DNA of 32,000 nucleotides from Candidatus Electronema halotolerans (GCA_942493095.1 OW818675.1:300001-332000), one strand, 5' to 3'; shown: positions 17,707 through 28,070, numbered from the stretch's first letter. Notes: generated by a model not told the origin, from the letters alone. A program made the numbers and translations.

Positions 17707-17763
17707 AGGGCAAGAGCGGCAGGCGGTTCTGCGCTGCTGCGCCCCTTGATCCTCTTTGCTTGG

Positions 17764-18024
17764 ATGAGCAGCATGCCTGAAATCAATTTGCGCCAGATGG
17801 CGATCAATCAAAGCGGCACCATCACCGCTGTCCGAGTCAGCGGCGAGCTGGGCCGCCGCATCCGGGAAATGGGCCTTGTGCCTGGCACGGAAATCACGGT
17901 CAAGCAGCGCGCCCCGCTCAACGACCCCGTGGCCCTGCGGGTCATGGGCGGCACTCTCACCCTGCGCAACAGCGAGGCGGACCACATCATGGTTGAGGTG
18001 GCGGACAAAGCACCTGCGCCCTGA
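17764..18024 (+). CDS. feoA: FeoA-family small protein
   Basis: GTITAVRVSGELGRRIREMGLVPGTEITVKQRAPLNDPVALRVMGGTLTLRNSEADHIMV is a typical FeoA SH3-like domain. The start is 17764 or 17773. Confidence 0.8.
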   Translation: MSSMPEINLRQMAINQSGTITAVRVSGELGRRIREMGLVPGTEITVKQRAPLNDPVALRVMGGTLTLRNSEADHIMVEVADKAPAP

Positions 18025-18095
18025 AGCGTCCTGCCAACTTTTCGTTGACCGTTTTCCCTCCTTATGTTTTTCTGAAGACAGCCCTTGAGAATCCG

Positions 18096-18136
18096 GCTGC
18101 GCTTTCATGTCATGCGGCGCAGCTCTGTCTTTTTTT
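18096..18136 (+). terminator. Rho-independent terminator after feoA
   Basis: Stem GCTGCGC (18096-18102) / GCGCAGC (18117-18123), followed by TCTGTCTTTTTTT. Confidence 0.55.
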
Positions 18137-18185
18137 GACTCGGCAGACCTTGCACGTCCCTTTGCATTCATATCTTGGCAGACGG

Positions 18186-19964
18186 ATGCCGCCTCTTGTC
18201 CGCATTGCCGCGCTGCTTGCCGCCGCAGCATCTCTGTTCCTTCCTGCATACGCTGCCGCCGCTCCAGTCAGCATCACCGTGCTGGGCGTGAACAAGCCAG
18301 AACTGCAGCAAAACATCTTTGCCAGTCTGAAAATCGCCCAGCAGCAGGATGCCGCTGATCTCAGCACGGGCCGGATACGGCTTCTGCACAAGCAGGCCCC
18401 GGAGCAGATCAAGGCGGCCTTGGCTCCTTTTGGGTATTATTCCGTGCAGATCAAGAATGACAACGGACATGGCCTGCTGAAAAAGAACGGCGCGAACTGG
18501 CAGGCGGAATACGTAGTTGAGCTGGGGCCGCCGACCAAAGTCGCTGCTCTGAAGATCGAGGTCACAGGGCCGGGCAGCAAGGCAAAAACCTTGCAGGAGC
18601 AGGTGCTGCAGAAGAGTTTCCCGCTTCAGCCCGGCAGCCAGCTTGATGACGGCAAATACGAGGCAGGCAAGAAGGGCATCTTGCAAACTGCCTTGGAAGC
18701 AGGCTATGTCCGGGCCAGATTCACGGAAAGCAGGGTCGAAGTCCGGGCCAAGGAGCAGAAGGCGGCTGTCATGCTCCGCTTGGACACCGGCCCGCTCTAC
18801 GTCTTTGGCAAGACCAGCAGCAGCATGTACATTCTCAAGCCGGAGCTGCTTCAGCGGTATCTGCCCTATCAAACCGGCGAAGTGTATTCATTCAAAGCCC
18901 TGAATCAGCTTCAGTCTGATCTGTACGGCACCGGCTATTTCAGCAAGGTGACGGTGGAGCCGCAGCTGCCGCCGCCAGAGGATGCGAGAGAGGAAGTGCC
19001 AGTGGAGCTGCATCTCCAGCCTGCCCTGAAAAACCGCTGGAGCTTCGGCCTTGGCTATGGCACGGACACGGGCGCACGGGGCAGCATTGGCTGGAAAAAC
19101 CGGATGATCAACCGGCGCGGCCATCGGGCCTCCCTCAATGCCCAGCTCGCGGAAAAGGGCAGCAAGGCGGCGGCTGACTATGAAATTCCCGTGCCGATTC
19201 TTGATCTGCGCTACGACAGCCTCAACTTTGACACCCAGTATTCCGAGGAAAGCTGGGCCAACACGGATATCCGCCAGTTCACCTTGGGCGCGTCGGTCAA
19301 GCACAATGCGCCCAACTATCAGTTCGGCACTGGGCTGGAATATCTGCATGAGACCTACACAGTCAGCGGCAAGGATGACAGCACCTATCTGCTCATGCCC
19401 AATGCCTTTCTGACTCTGATTTTTGCCGAAAGCCGGGTGAAGACCGACAACGGTCTCCGCATCACCGGCAGTGTCCGGGGAGCGCAGGCTCCGCTGTTAG
19501 CCAGCACCAGCTTTTTTCAGTTCCGGGTTGGCGGCAAGGTCATTCTCAGCCCGTGGGACAAATGGCGTTTCATTGGCCGGGGCAGCTTCGGGGCCACGGC
19601 AATGGAATCCATTAACGAGCTGCCGCCTTCGCTTCGTTTTTATGCAGGCGGTGATCAGTCGGTGCGCGGCTATGGCTACAAGCAGCTCGGACCCAAGGAT
19701 GATTCAGGCCGGGTGGTGGGCGGTCAGTATCTGACTGAGGCCAGCGCCGAACTGGAGCGCAAGCTCTTCAGCATCTGGAGCGCGGCGGTCTTTTATGATA
19801 TTGGCAATGCCTACGACAACATTGATGCCCGTTTGCAGCAGGGCGTGGGCGTGGGGGTGCGCATGACCCTGCCTTTTGGCCAGCTTCGTCTTGACTTTGC
19901 CGAAGCCTTGTCTGAGCCGGGATTTTCTTTGCGGATTCACCTGACCTTGGGAGCGGACCTGTGA
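18186..19964 (+). CDS. tamA: Omp85-family outer membrane protein, TamA-like (translocation and assembly module)
   Basis: Start chosen at MPPLVRIAALLAAAASLFLPAYAAAAP (signal peptide). POTRA-like N-terminal part. C-terminal Omp85 barrel motifs (RFYAGGDQSVRGYGY, GVGVGVRMTLPFGQLRLDFA). Followed by tamB. Confidence 0.85.
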   Translation: MPPLVRIAALLAAAASLFLPAYAAAAPVSITVLGVNKPELQQNIFASLKIAQQQDAADLSTGRIRLLHKQAPEQIKAALAPFGYYSVQIKNDNGHGLLKKNGANWQAEYVVELGPPTKVAALKIEVTGPGSKAKTLQEQVLQKSFPLQPGSQLDDGKYEAGKKGILQTALEAGYVRARFTESRVEVRAKEQKAAVMLRLDTGPLYVFGKTSSSMYILKPELLQRYLPYQTGEVYSFKALNQLQSDLYGTGYFSKVTVEPQLPPPEDAREEVPVELHLQPALKNRWSFGLGYGTDTGARGSIGWKNRMINRRGHRASLNAQLAEKGSKAAADYEIPVPILDLRYDSLNFDTQYSEESWANTDIRQFTLGASVKHNAPNYQFGTGLEYLHETYTVSGKDDSTYLLMPNAFLTLIFAESRVKTDNGLRITGSVRGAQAPLLASTSFFQFRVGGKVILSPWDKWRFIGRGSFGATAMESINELPPSLRFYAGGDQSVRGYGYKQLGPKDDSGRVVGGQYLTEASAELERKLFSIWSAAVFYDIGNAYDNIDARLQQGVGVGVRMTLPFGQLRLDFAEALSEPGFSLRIHLTLGADL

Positions 19965-19969
19965 GTTTG

Positions 19970-20263
19970 ATGAAAAAAGTTTTTCTGGCCTTGCTACTTT
20001 ATTTCGTCTGTTTTTCTTCGTATATATTCTACGTGTTTGCTCTCGGCGAAAAAAGGATGAAGGCATTTTGCGGAGAACTGCGCATTGGCATGTCTATAGA
20101 TGCAATCAGCAACAAGGCGGCGGCGCATGATTACAAAATATTCACCAATGATCCCAATCAACCACTACTGATTGTTGACAGCGAAGCTATGGGTCGCTTT
20201 ATTTGTGAAGTGCATTTTGAACAGGGACGGGCCTCCAAAGTAACATTTGTTTATAATGATTAA
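19970..20263 (+). CDS. Small hypothetical protein with an N-terminal TM or signal segment, wedged between tamA and tamB
   Basis: MKKVFLALLLYFVCFSSYIFYVFAL... Visibly AT-rich relative to its neighbours. No recognisable motif. Confidence 0.5.
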   Translation: MKKVFLALLLYFVCFSSYIFYVFALGEKRMKAFCGELRIGMSIDAISNKAAAHDYKIFTNDPNQPLLIVDSEAMGRFICEVHFEQGRASKVTFVYND

Positions 20264-20268
20264 TAACG

Positions 20269-23200
20269 ATGCGTCTTTTTTCTATAATTCGCTCTGTTGC
20301 TGTTCGTTCGCTGCAATGTTTTGCCGTTCTGCTGCTGATTTTTTTCGTCAGTATAGCCGCGTTGTTCGGCACAGAAAGCGGTTTGCAACTAATCGTCCGC
20401 ACTGCTGACCAGCTTGCCGGGCCGTATTTTTCTGCCGAACAGGCGCAAGGTCGTCTGCTTGATAGCTGGCAGATCAGCAAGCTGCGGATTCAGATTAAAA
20501 ACGCGGTTGATATCAGCATAAATAAACTCGTATGGAGCTGGCAGCCAGCCGACTTGTTCCGCAGCAGAGAACTGCATGTCAGGCGGCTTGCTGCGCAGGG
20601 ACTGGCAATTCACATTCTCAAATCCGATAAAAAACACATTAAAGAACAGCTACATAAACAGGTCACGCTGCCGGAAATCCGTTTTCCGCTTGCTCTGCGC
20701 ATTGACAGGCTGCAAGTTGCGGAGAGCAAAATTGTCACGCCAGAAGGCAAGGATGCGCTCCTCATTCACGAGCTGCTGGCCCAAGCCGCTGTCCGCAATG
20801 ATCAAGTCGAAATCACTCAACTGAAAGCGGACACCTCGCAATTCGGCTGCGACCTGCACGGCAAGATTCGCTTCAGCGGCGCATGGCCGATGCAGGCGGA
20901 AGGCGGCTGGCAGGTGCCAGATCACGGCATCAACGAGCTGCGCGGCATGGTCAAGGTGCAGGGTGATTTTGACAAGGCCACTGTGAACGCGACAATGGTT
21001 TCTCCGGCGCAGGTGACGCTCAAAGGCGAAGCCACGGACATTCTCAACGAGCTGCACTGGCAGGCCGCCGCAAAAACTGGCCATTTCACGCTCCGCGACA
21101 TCAAGGTGAATGTGCCGGTGGACGGCAATCTCCGCATCATCTCGGCGGCTGGCACGGTCAAAAGTTATGGCGGGGTGCTGGCGGCAGATGTTCAGTATCA
21201 AGGCTATCCGCCCGTGCAGGCTGAAGCCAAGGTCGAGGCAACAGATTATTCCGGCCTGAAGATCGATTATCTCACCCTCCGCCACGAATTTGCCGAGCTG
21301 ACCCTACGCGGAGCCATGCGCTGGCAGGGCGGTTTTTCGTGGCAGGCCGAGCTGGCAGGCAAGGATATTGATCCTTCCCTGGCTGCTGCTGACTGGCCAG
21401 GGGCAATCAGCGGCACGCTGCGCAGCAATGGCTATTTGGCCGCAGGCCTGCAGAAGCTGGAAGTCAATTTGGACGGCATCAACGGCGAGCTGCGCGGTCA
21501 GCCGTTCCAGCTTGGCGGCAGGCTGGCTTTGGCTGACAAGAAATTGAAGATTGACGAACTGACCTTGAAGTCAGGGCCTGCTAATGCGCGGGTCAGCGGC
21601 ACCGCCGATGCGGCGCAAAACATCGATCTTGTGGTGCAGGCAGAAGTCAAGGATTTGGCTGCCTTTGTTCCAAACACAGGCGGTTCGGTCCGCTTGGAAG
21701 GCACGGCTGTCGGCGCGGCGGAAAATCCGGCTGTCAAGCTGACTCTCAACGGCTCGCAGCTTGCATGGCAGGAGCAGCGGCTTGCCAGCCTTGCGGTCAG
21801 CGCAGATGCTGCGCTCGACAAAAATAACAGCACCCTGCTCATCCATGATTTCCACGCTCTTGCCGATGGCAAAACGGTTCTTGATCTCAAGGGGCAGCTC
21901 GGCTGGAGCAACGGCCTGTCGTGGCAGGCTGAACTGAAGGCGGCAGAACTTGATCCCGGTCTGCTTGCCCCGGACTGGCCCGGCGCAATCAACGCCGAGC
22001 TGCGCAGCCAAGGCAGCAAGACTGCGGACAATCTGACTGCCGAAGTGCAGATTGACAGGCTGGCAGGCAAGCTGCGCGGCTTCCCGCTCAAGGGCAGCGG
22101 CACAGTCAAGCTGGCTGGCAAGGCTGTGGCTGTTGCTGATCTCCGCCTTCAGTCTGGCAGCACCTTTGTTCAAGCTGACGGCAGAGCGGATTTCAACAAG
22201 GAGCTGGCCTTGACTTTCAAAGCTGGGTCAGACGACCTGGCTAACCTTGTCCCGGACGCGGGCGGCAAATTCAGGGCTGAAGGCGAGATCAGCGGCAATC
22301 TCCAGCAGCCTAAGCTGCGCCTGCAAGCGAGCAGCTCTAAGCTGCGCTTTCAAGACTACAGCCTCAAAGATTTGCAGGCGGCAATCAAGGCGGATTTGTC
22401 CCCATCCGGGCAAGTGGATGGCGAAATCAACGCTGCTGGCATTCAAATTAAAGAAAAAAAAATTGACACAGCCCTTTTGCGGCTCAAGGGCGGCACGGAA
22501 CAGCACCAGCTTGAATTTACTGCGGCAAGCGATCTTGGCAAGCTCCGGCTGACAGCAGCAGGTGCTTGGCAGGAGCAGCGCTGGCAGGGCCAGCTCAAAG
22601 AACTTGCATTGAATAACAAGCAATTCGGCCAATGGAAGACGGAAAAAGCTGCGGATTTGACCTTGTCGGCTGATCATTGCGCCCTGTCTGATTTTGCCTT
22701 GAGGCAGGACAAGGTGCGGGCGGCAGTCAGCGGCCAATGGGAGAAAGCATCAGGCTGGAAGGCGCAGGCAACAATTGAGCACCTTGCCCTTGCTCTGGCA
22801 AAAAAATGGCAGCTACCTGTGCCGGAGAATTTCCCGGAAATGGCCGGAGAGTTGAACATTGCCGCAACAGCGCAGGGGCAGGGGGCAAAGCCGCAGCAGG
22901 CTGAACTGACTGTCGATTTGCCTAAATTTGCCTTGACCGCGCAAGATTACGAATCTGATGACGAAAACGGCACCACCACGTGGCAATGGCAGGGCAATCA
23001 GATCAAAGCCAATTTGCGGGATGATGTCCTGCATCTGACCGCCAAGAGCGAGTTTCAGGATCAAAGCACTGCCTTGCTGACCGCAGAGCTGCGCAACTGC
23101 GGCGATTTCACCCAGTTCGAGCAAATGCCGCTTTCTGGTCAGTTCACGGTGAAGGTTATGGATATTTCACCGATGACCCAGCTTTCCGGCTATGCAGTGC

Positions 23201-24426
23201 AGGGCCAAGGCGGTTTTGGCGGTGACATTGCTCTGCATGGCACGGCCCTGCATCCGAGAATGGACGGGGTGCTGATGCTGAAAAAAGACAGGAGCGGCAA
23301 GAGTGGAATTCATATTCCCGCCGCCGGAATCAACCTGCGGGACCTGCGGCTGGCAGTGGCAGGCGACGGCAGCCATAATCAGCTTGATCTGACTGCCCGC
23401 TCCGGCCAAGGCCAAATCCGGGCGCAGGGCACAATCAGCCGCAATCTCAAGCTGAAGGAGCCGCAGATTGAGGCTGAGTTCAGCATCACGGGCAAGGATT
23501 TTCAGGCCGCTGATCTGCCCGAATATCAGGTCAGCATCAGCCCTGATCTCCGGCTGCTCCACAGCGGCAAAGGCACTTCGCTCTTCGGCAAAATCCTTGT
23601 GCCAAAAGCGCGCATCGCCCCGCTTGGCTTCAGCGGGGCTGCCGCCGCATCCAAGGATGTGGTGGTGATTGACAGCGACACGCCGCTGCCCAAGCACAGC
23701 CTGCCCTTTTCCGCTGCGGTCACGCTGGAACTGGGCAAGGACGTTGCGGTGGATGCCTTTGGCACCAAAGGCTTTCTCGACGGCAGCCTGACAGTCAATG
23801 CCAAGGCGGCCCGGCCTGTGACCGCGCTGGGCAGCCTCTACCTCCGCGACACTTCTGTCGCCTTTGAAGGAGTCACACTGCAACTCAGCGAAGGCCGGAT
23901 TTTTTATCAGGGTGGCCCGATTGACAATCCCGGCTTGGACATCCGGGCCTCGCGGACGGTCAACAAGATCGAGGCAGGCATCCATCTCACTGGCAGCGCG
24001 GATGACATGAACATCAAGCTTTTTTCTGACACGCCGATGGAGGATTCAGCCATTCTCTCCTGGCTGCTCTCCGGGCAGAACGGAGTGTCGGCCAGCCGCA
24101 GCGGCGATGCCACCCTTTCTCCAGCAGCAGCAGCCCTGAGCAAGATCGGCGGCGGCGCGCTGCTCAAGTCAGTCAATCCGCTGCAAGTCCTTGACATGGA
24201 GGATTTTGTCGATGTCAGCATTGGCGGCGGCAAGGAGGCATCCGATGTTTCCTTGGTCATGAGCAAGGAAATCTACAAAGACCTCTACATCAGCTATGGC
24301 AAAGATTTGACCGGCGAAGGAGGCTCCTTCAGGGCAAGGTACGATCTTGGCCACGGCTTTTCCATTGAAAGCGAGACCAGCTCCAAAACGACGGGCGCAG
24401 ACCTGCTCTGGTCGCTGGAACGATAA
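20269..24426 (+). CDS. tamB: TamB-like translocation and assembly module inner-membrane subunit (DUF490 C-terminus)
   Basis: 1385 aa. N-terminal TM anchor, a long repetitive beta-rich body, and the C-terminal motif YISYGKDLTGEGGSFRARYDLGHGFSIESETSSKTTGADLLWSLER. Located downstream of tamA. Confidence 0.85.
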   Translation: MRLFSIIRSVAVRSLQCFAVLLLIFFVSIAALFGTESGLQLIVRTADQLAGPYFSAEQAQGRLLDSWQISKLRIQIKNAVDISINKLVWSWQPADLFRSRELHVRRLAAQGLAIHILKSDKKHIKEQLHKQVTLPEIRFPLALRIDRLQVAESKIVTPEGKDALLIHELLAQAAVRNDQVEITQLKADTSQFGCDLHGKIRFSGAWPMQAEGGWQVPDHGINELRGMVKVQGDFDKATVNATMVSPAQVTLKGEATDILNELHWQAAAKTGHFTLRDIKVNVPVDGNLRIISAAGTVKSYGGVLAADVQYQGYPPVQAEAKVEATDYSGLKIDYLTLRHEFAELTLRGAMRWQGGFSWQAELAGKDIDPSLAAADWPGAISGTLRSNGYLAAGLQKLEVNLDGINGELRGQPFQLGGRLALADKKLKIDELTLKSGPANARVSGTADAAQNIDLVVQAEVKDLAAFVPNTGGSVRLEGTAVGAAENPAVKLTLNGSQLAWQEQRLASLAVSADAALDKNNSTLLIHDFHALADGKTVLDLKGQLGWSNGLSWQAELKAAELDPGLLAPDWPGAINAELRSQGSKTADNLTAEVQIDRLAGKLRGFPLKGSGTVKLAGKAVAVADLRLQSGSTFVQADGRADFNKELALTFKAGSDDLANLVPDAGGKFRAEGEISGNLQQPKLRLQASSSKLRFQDYSLKDLQAAIKADLSPSGQVDGEINAAGIQIKEKKIDTALLRLKGGTEQHQLEFTAASDLGKLRLTAAGAWQEQRWQGQLKELALNNKQFGQWKTEKAADLTLSADHCALSDFALRQDKVRAAVSGQWEKASGWKAQATIEHLALALAKKWQLPVPENFPEMAGELNIAATAQGQGAKPQQAELTVDLPKFALTAQDYESDDENGTTTWQWQGNQIKANLRDDVLHLTAKSEFQDQSTALLTAELRNCGDFTQFEQMPLSGQFTVKVMDISPMTQLSGYAVQGQGGFGGDIALHGTALHPRMDGVLMLKKDRSGKSGIHIPAAGINLRDLRLAVAGDGSHNQLDLTARSGQGQIRAQGTISRNLKLKEPQIEAEFSITGKDFQAADLPEYQVSISPDLRLLHSGKGTSLFGKILVPKARIAPLGFSGAAAASKDVVVIDSDTPLPKHSLPFSAAVTLELGKDVAVDAFGTKGFLDGSLTVNAKAARPVTALGSLYLRDTSVAFEGVTLQLSEGRIFYQGGPIDNPGLDIRASRTVNKIEAGIHLTGSADDMNIKLFSDTPMEDSAILSWLLSGQNGVSASRSGDATLSPAAAALSKIGGGALLKSVNPLQVLDMEDFVDVSIGGGKEASDVSLVMSKEIYKDLYISYGKDLTGEGGSFRARYDLGHGFSIESETSSKTTGADLLWSLER

Positions 24427-24438
24427 AGAAGGCAATTC

Positions 24439-25617
24439 ATGATCAAACATTCGCGAGTAAACAAAGTCGTTCTCCTGCTCATGGTCCTGCTCATTTCGGC
24501 CATTTTTCTGGCCATGATCCGCTATTTTCTCATGGCAATCTTCATGGCCGGGCTGTTTTCCGCCATGTCCGTCCCGCTCCACCGCAGGCTGACCCGGCGG
24601 CTGGAAGGGCGGGAAACGCTGGCCTCGGCTGTGGTGGTGACAGGCGTTTTCTGTCTGATTCTGGTGCCGTTGGTGCTCCTGATTGGCGTTGTGCTTGGCC
24701 AAGCCATGTATGTGGGCCAGTCTGTGACTCCTTGGGTGGAATCCTTTGCCAAGGAGCCGGGCCTGTTGAGCGAGCATGCTGAAAAAATCCCCTATTATGA
24801 GTATATCCTGCCTTATCGCGACATGATTCTTGCCAAGGCGGGCGAGCTGGTCGGCAGCATCTCAAAAATGTTGATCAATTCGCTCTCCTCGCTCACCAAG
24901 ATGACAGTCAATGCCCTGTTCAATGTGGTGATCATGCTTTACGTGATGTTCTATTTTCTGACTGAAGGCGGCACGCTGCTGCGGAAGATTCTTTACTATC
25001 TGCCTATGGTTCATGAGTACGAGGAGCGTCTGCTGCGCCGCTTCACCTCGGTGGCCAGAGCAACCATGAAATCGACCCTGATCATTGGCTTTCTCCAAGG
25101 CGCGTTCTGCGGCCTGGCTTTTTTCTTTGTCGGCATACCAGGGGCTGCCTTCTGGGGCACGGTCATGGCAGTGCTGTCGATTATTCCCACCGCCGGAACC
25201 GCCTTGATCTGGGTGCCAGCCCTGATCATTCTTGTCGTCAAGGGCGAATTTTTCGGCGCAGTCATTCTGGCTGTGGTCTGCGGCGCGCTGGCAGGCAATC
25301 TGGACAACGTGCTCCGGCCCCGCTTGGTGGGAAAGGACACAGAAATGCACGATCTTTTCGTGCTTTTCGGCACCCTTGGCGGCATCAGCCTCTTCGGCAT
25401 GCTCGGCATCATCATCGGCCCGATCATTGCCGCCCTGTTCATCACCATCTGGGAAATTTATGGCGATGCCTTCAGCGAGTACCTGCCGGAAGTGAAGGAT
25501 TTGCAGATGGAGGAAGAAAGGGAGCCTGCTGCTGCGGGAGCAGCAGGAGCTGGCAGCGGCGGTCAGCCTCAAGGCAGGTCAGAGTCTCCAGCCGAGGGAC
25601 AGGATCGTCAGGATTGA
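24439..25617 (+). CDS. AI-2E family transporter (PerM/YhhT, UPF0118)
   Basis: Multi-TM protein with NLDNVLRPRLVG and LFGTLGGISLFGMLGIIIGP motifs. Acidic, Ala/Gly-rich C-terminal tail. Confidence 0.85.
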   Translation: MIKHSRVNKVVLLLMVLLISAIFLAMIRYFLMAIFMAGLFSAMSVPLHRRLTRRLEGRETLASAVVVTGVFCLILVPLVLLIGVVLGQAMYVGQSVTPWVESFAKEPGLLSEHAEKIPYYEYILPYRDMILAKAGELVGSISKMLINSLSSLTKMTVNALFNVVIMLYVMFYFLTEGGTLLRKILYYLPMVHEYEERLLRRFTSVARATMKSTLIIGFLQGAFCGLAFFFVGIPGAAFWGTVMAVLSIIPTAGTALIWVPALIILVVKGEFFGAVILAVVCGALAGNLDNVLRPRLVGKDTEMHDLFVLFGTLGGISLFGMLGIIIGPIIAALFITIWEIYGDAFSEYLPEVKDLQMEEEREPAAAGAAGAGSGGQPQGRSESPAEGQDRQD

Positions 25618-25752
25618 TTTGAGGGTTCCTCGAAAAATACAACATCCATTCTGCTGCATTTGTTTTGTTATTTTTTATTTTAATATTGAAATTTCAGTCT
25701 ATTATGTTATAATTTCGGCATCAATTCAACTCATGCTGCCGGAGATGCACAG

Positions 25753-25822
25753 ATGAACCAACTTGGATTTTTTGATTTTTATATTCGTCTTTCCCGAATT
25801 GACAAAGCAGGTGATCCTTTAG
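25753..25822 (+). pseudogene. 5' fragment of the copy-A transposase gene (MNQLGFFDFYIRLSRIDKAGDPL), cut off by the inner IS
   Basis: Identical to the first 23 codons of the intact transposase. It ends at the junction CCTTTAG|GGAACC. Confidence 0.85.
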
Positions 25823-27126
25823 GGAACCTCGAAAAATTTGAGATAAAGTTTTTTCAGCTTATCAATAGTGTCTTTGACAGTTGAAAATTTCAAATACATA
25901 AATTGTTATTTCCTGTTTTTTATTTATTTTGAGCAAACTTCCGTTGAAATATGTTCCTGAATGCGTTTCTTTTTTTTAAATCTTAAATTTTATTAAGAGT
26001 TCCGTACCTGTCAATATTGAACGTCAAGTTTCTCAAGCCTATTTTCGCAGCAGCGCGAATGAAACCTGTTCCTCGGAGAATCATATTGCCAGCACGTTGC
26101 GCCTGGATGCCGAAGACGTGTTCAATCCGGGAGCGAATTTTTGATCTTGTCCGATTTCCCTGCTTCTCCCATTCGGTCAGTTTCCGGCTTCGTGTTCCTT
26201 TGCGGTTCAGATGCTCTCTGTATCCATTCTCGTTCAACCAGTTGAGCTTTTTTTCAGATCTGTATGCCGAATCCGCATAGATATCCCGACTGGTGTTGTC
26301 AGGGTCAAGCAGCTCCTCAAAAATATTGCTGTCATGAACCTCGGCGCTGGTCACCGCATATTTTCGGATGAATTTATGCTTCACATCAACAGATATATGA
26401 TTTTTATAACCAAAAAAGCTTCTGCCGTTCTTTTTGGTCCAACGGGCATCAGTATCCTTCTGCGCCTGCTTATTCTCACTCCATCCTTCAGGCTGTTCAC
26501 CATTCTTGATCTGCTTGTTTTCCTTGCGGCTGTTACGCTGGATCGGGGCGTTGACTATGGAAGCGTCGACTATCTGCCCTTTTCTGGCTTGATATCCATT
26601 TTCATCAAGAAATTCGTCAAAAACAGAAAACAGTTCCTCGATTTTTCCTGCTTTGGTCAAAGTTTCACGAAAAAGCCATATCGTTGTCGCATCTGGAACT
26701 TTGTCAGCCGCCCGAAGTCCAAGGAATCTGGAAAACGAATATCTGTCAAGAATTTGATATTCCATCCCTTTATCAGAAAGATTGTATAATGATTGCAAAA
26801 TTAAAATTTTGAACATCATGACTGAATCATAACCTTTAGCTCCAGCATTTGATTTCACAGGCTTTCTTTTTGCTTCTTCAAGAATTGGCCGAAATATTTC
26901 CCAGTCAATAGCCTTGTTGATCTTAACTAAAGGATCACCTGCTTTGTCAATTCGGGAAAGACGAATATAAAAATCAAAAAATCCAAGTTGGTTCATCTGT
27001 GCATCTCCGGCAGCATGAGTTGAATTGATGCCGAAATTATAACATAATAGACTGAAATTTCAATATTAAAATAAAAAATAACAAAACAAATGCAGCAGAA
27101 TGGATGTTGTATTTTTCGAGGAACCC
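25823..27126 (-). mobile_element. IS5-family insertion sequence, copy B (intact), inserted in inverse orientation inside copy A
   Basis: Ends are (G)GGAACCTCGAAAAAT and ATTTTTCGAGGAACCC. It carries the complete 337-aa transposase ORF. Confidence 0.85.
25983..26996 (-). CDS. IS5-family DDE transposase (InsH-like N-terminal DUF772 domain plus DDE domain)
   Basis: GDPLVKINKAIDWEIFRP, YNLSDKGMEYQILDRYSFSRFLGL, VDASIV, IYADSAY, RSRIEHVFG (D, D, E contexts). Confidence 0.9.
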   Translation of the reverse strand: MNQLGFFDFYIRLSRIDKAGDPLVKINKAIDWEIFRPILEEAKRKPVKSNAGAKGYDSVMMFKILILQSLYNLSDKGMEYQILDRYSFSRFLGLRAADKVPDATTIWLFRETLTKAGKIEELFSVFDEFLDENGYQARKGQIVDASIVNAPIQRNSRKENKQIKNGEQPEGWSENKQAQKDTDARWTKKNGRSFFGYKNHISVDVKHKFIRKYAVTSAEVHDSNIFEELLDPDNTSRDIYADSAYRSEKKLNWLNENGYREHLNRKGTRSRKLTEWEKQGNRTRSKIRSRIEHVFGIQAQRAGNMILRGTGFIRAAAKIGLRNLTFNIDRYGTLNKI

Positions 27127-28070
27127 TTAAGATCAACAAGGCTATTGACTGGGAAATATTTCGGCCAATTCTTGAAGAAGCAAAAAGAAAGCCTGTGAAA
27201 TCAAATGCTGGAGCTAAAGGTTATGATTCAGTCATGATGTTCAAAATTTTAATTTTGCAATCATTATACAATCTTTCTGATAAAGGGATGGAATATCAAA
27301 TTCTTGACAGATATTTGTTTTCCAGATTCCTTGGACTTCGGGCGGCTGACAAAGTTCCAGATGCGACAACGATATGGCTTTTTCGTGAAACTTTGACCAA
27401 AGCAGGAAAAATCGAGGAACTGTTTTCTGTTTTTGACGAATTTCTTGATGAAAATGGATATCAAGCCAGAAAAGGGCAGATAGTCGACGCTTCCATAGTC
27501 AACGCCCCGATCCAGCGTAACAGCCGCAAGGAAAACAAGCAGATCAAGAATGGTGAACAGCCTGAAGGATGGAGTGAGAATAAGCAGGCGCAGAAGGATA
27601 CTGATGCCCGTTGGACCAAAAAGAACGGCAGAAGCTTTTTTGGTTATAAAAATCATATATCTGTTGATGTGAAGCATAAATTCATCCGAAAATATGCGGT
27701 GACCAGCGCCGAGGTTCATGACAGCAATATTTTTGAGGAGCTGCTTGACCCTGACAACACCAGTCGGGATATCTATGCGGATTCGGCATACAGATCTGAA
27801 AAAAAGCTCAACTGGTTGAACGAGAATGGATACAGAGAGCATCTGAACCGCAAAGGAACACGAAGCCGGAAACTGACCGAATGGGAGAAGCAGGGAAATC
27901 GGACAAGATCAAAAATTCGCTCCCGGATTGAACACGTCTTCGGCATCCAGGCGCAACGTGCTGGCAATATGATTCTCCGAGGAACAGGTTTCATTCGCGC
28001 TGCTGCGAAAATAGGCTTGAGAAACTTGACGTTCAATATTGACAGGTACGGAACTCTTAATAAAATTTAA
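27127..28070 (+). pseudogene. 3' portion (codons 24-337) of the copy-A transposase gene
   Basis: Identical to copy B from VKINKAIDW onward except for one substitution (TCG Ser in B at 26736-26738, TTG Leu in A at 27315-27317). The N-terminus in ORF 27090..28070 is read-through from the end of copy B. Confidence 0.85.

Noticed and set aside
26211-26789. 192-aa ORFs antisense to both transposase copies (26211..26789 and 27264..27842) and the 87-aa ORFs 26017..26280 / 27773..28036
   Set aside because: They are embedded opposite the DDE transposase frame, which has clear motifs. They are present twice only because the IS is present twice.
27090-27126. Apparent N-terminus MQQNGCCIFRGTL of ORF 27090..28070
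   Set aside because: These codons belong to the terminal inverted repeat and untranslated end of the inner IS copy, read in the opposite direction. The real transposase homology starts at 27127.
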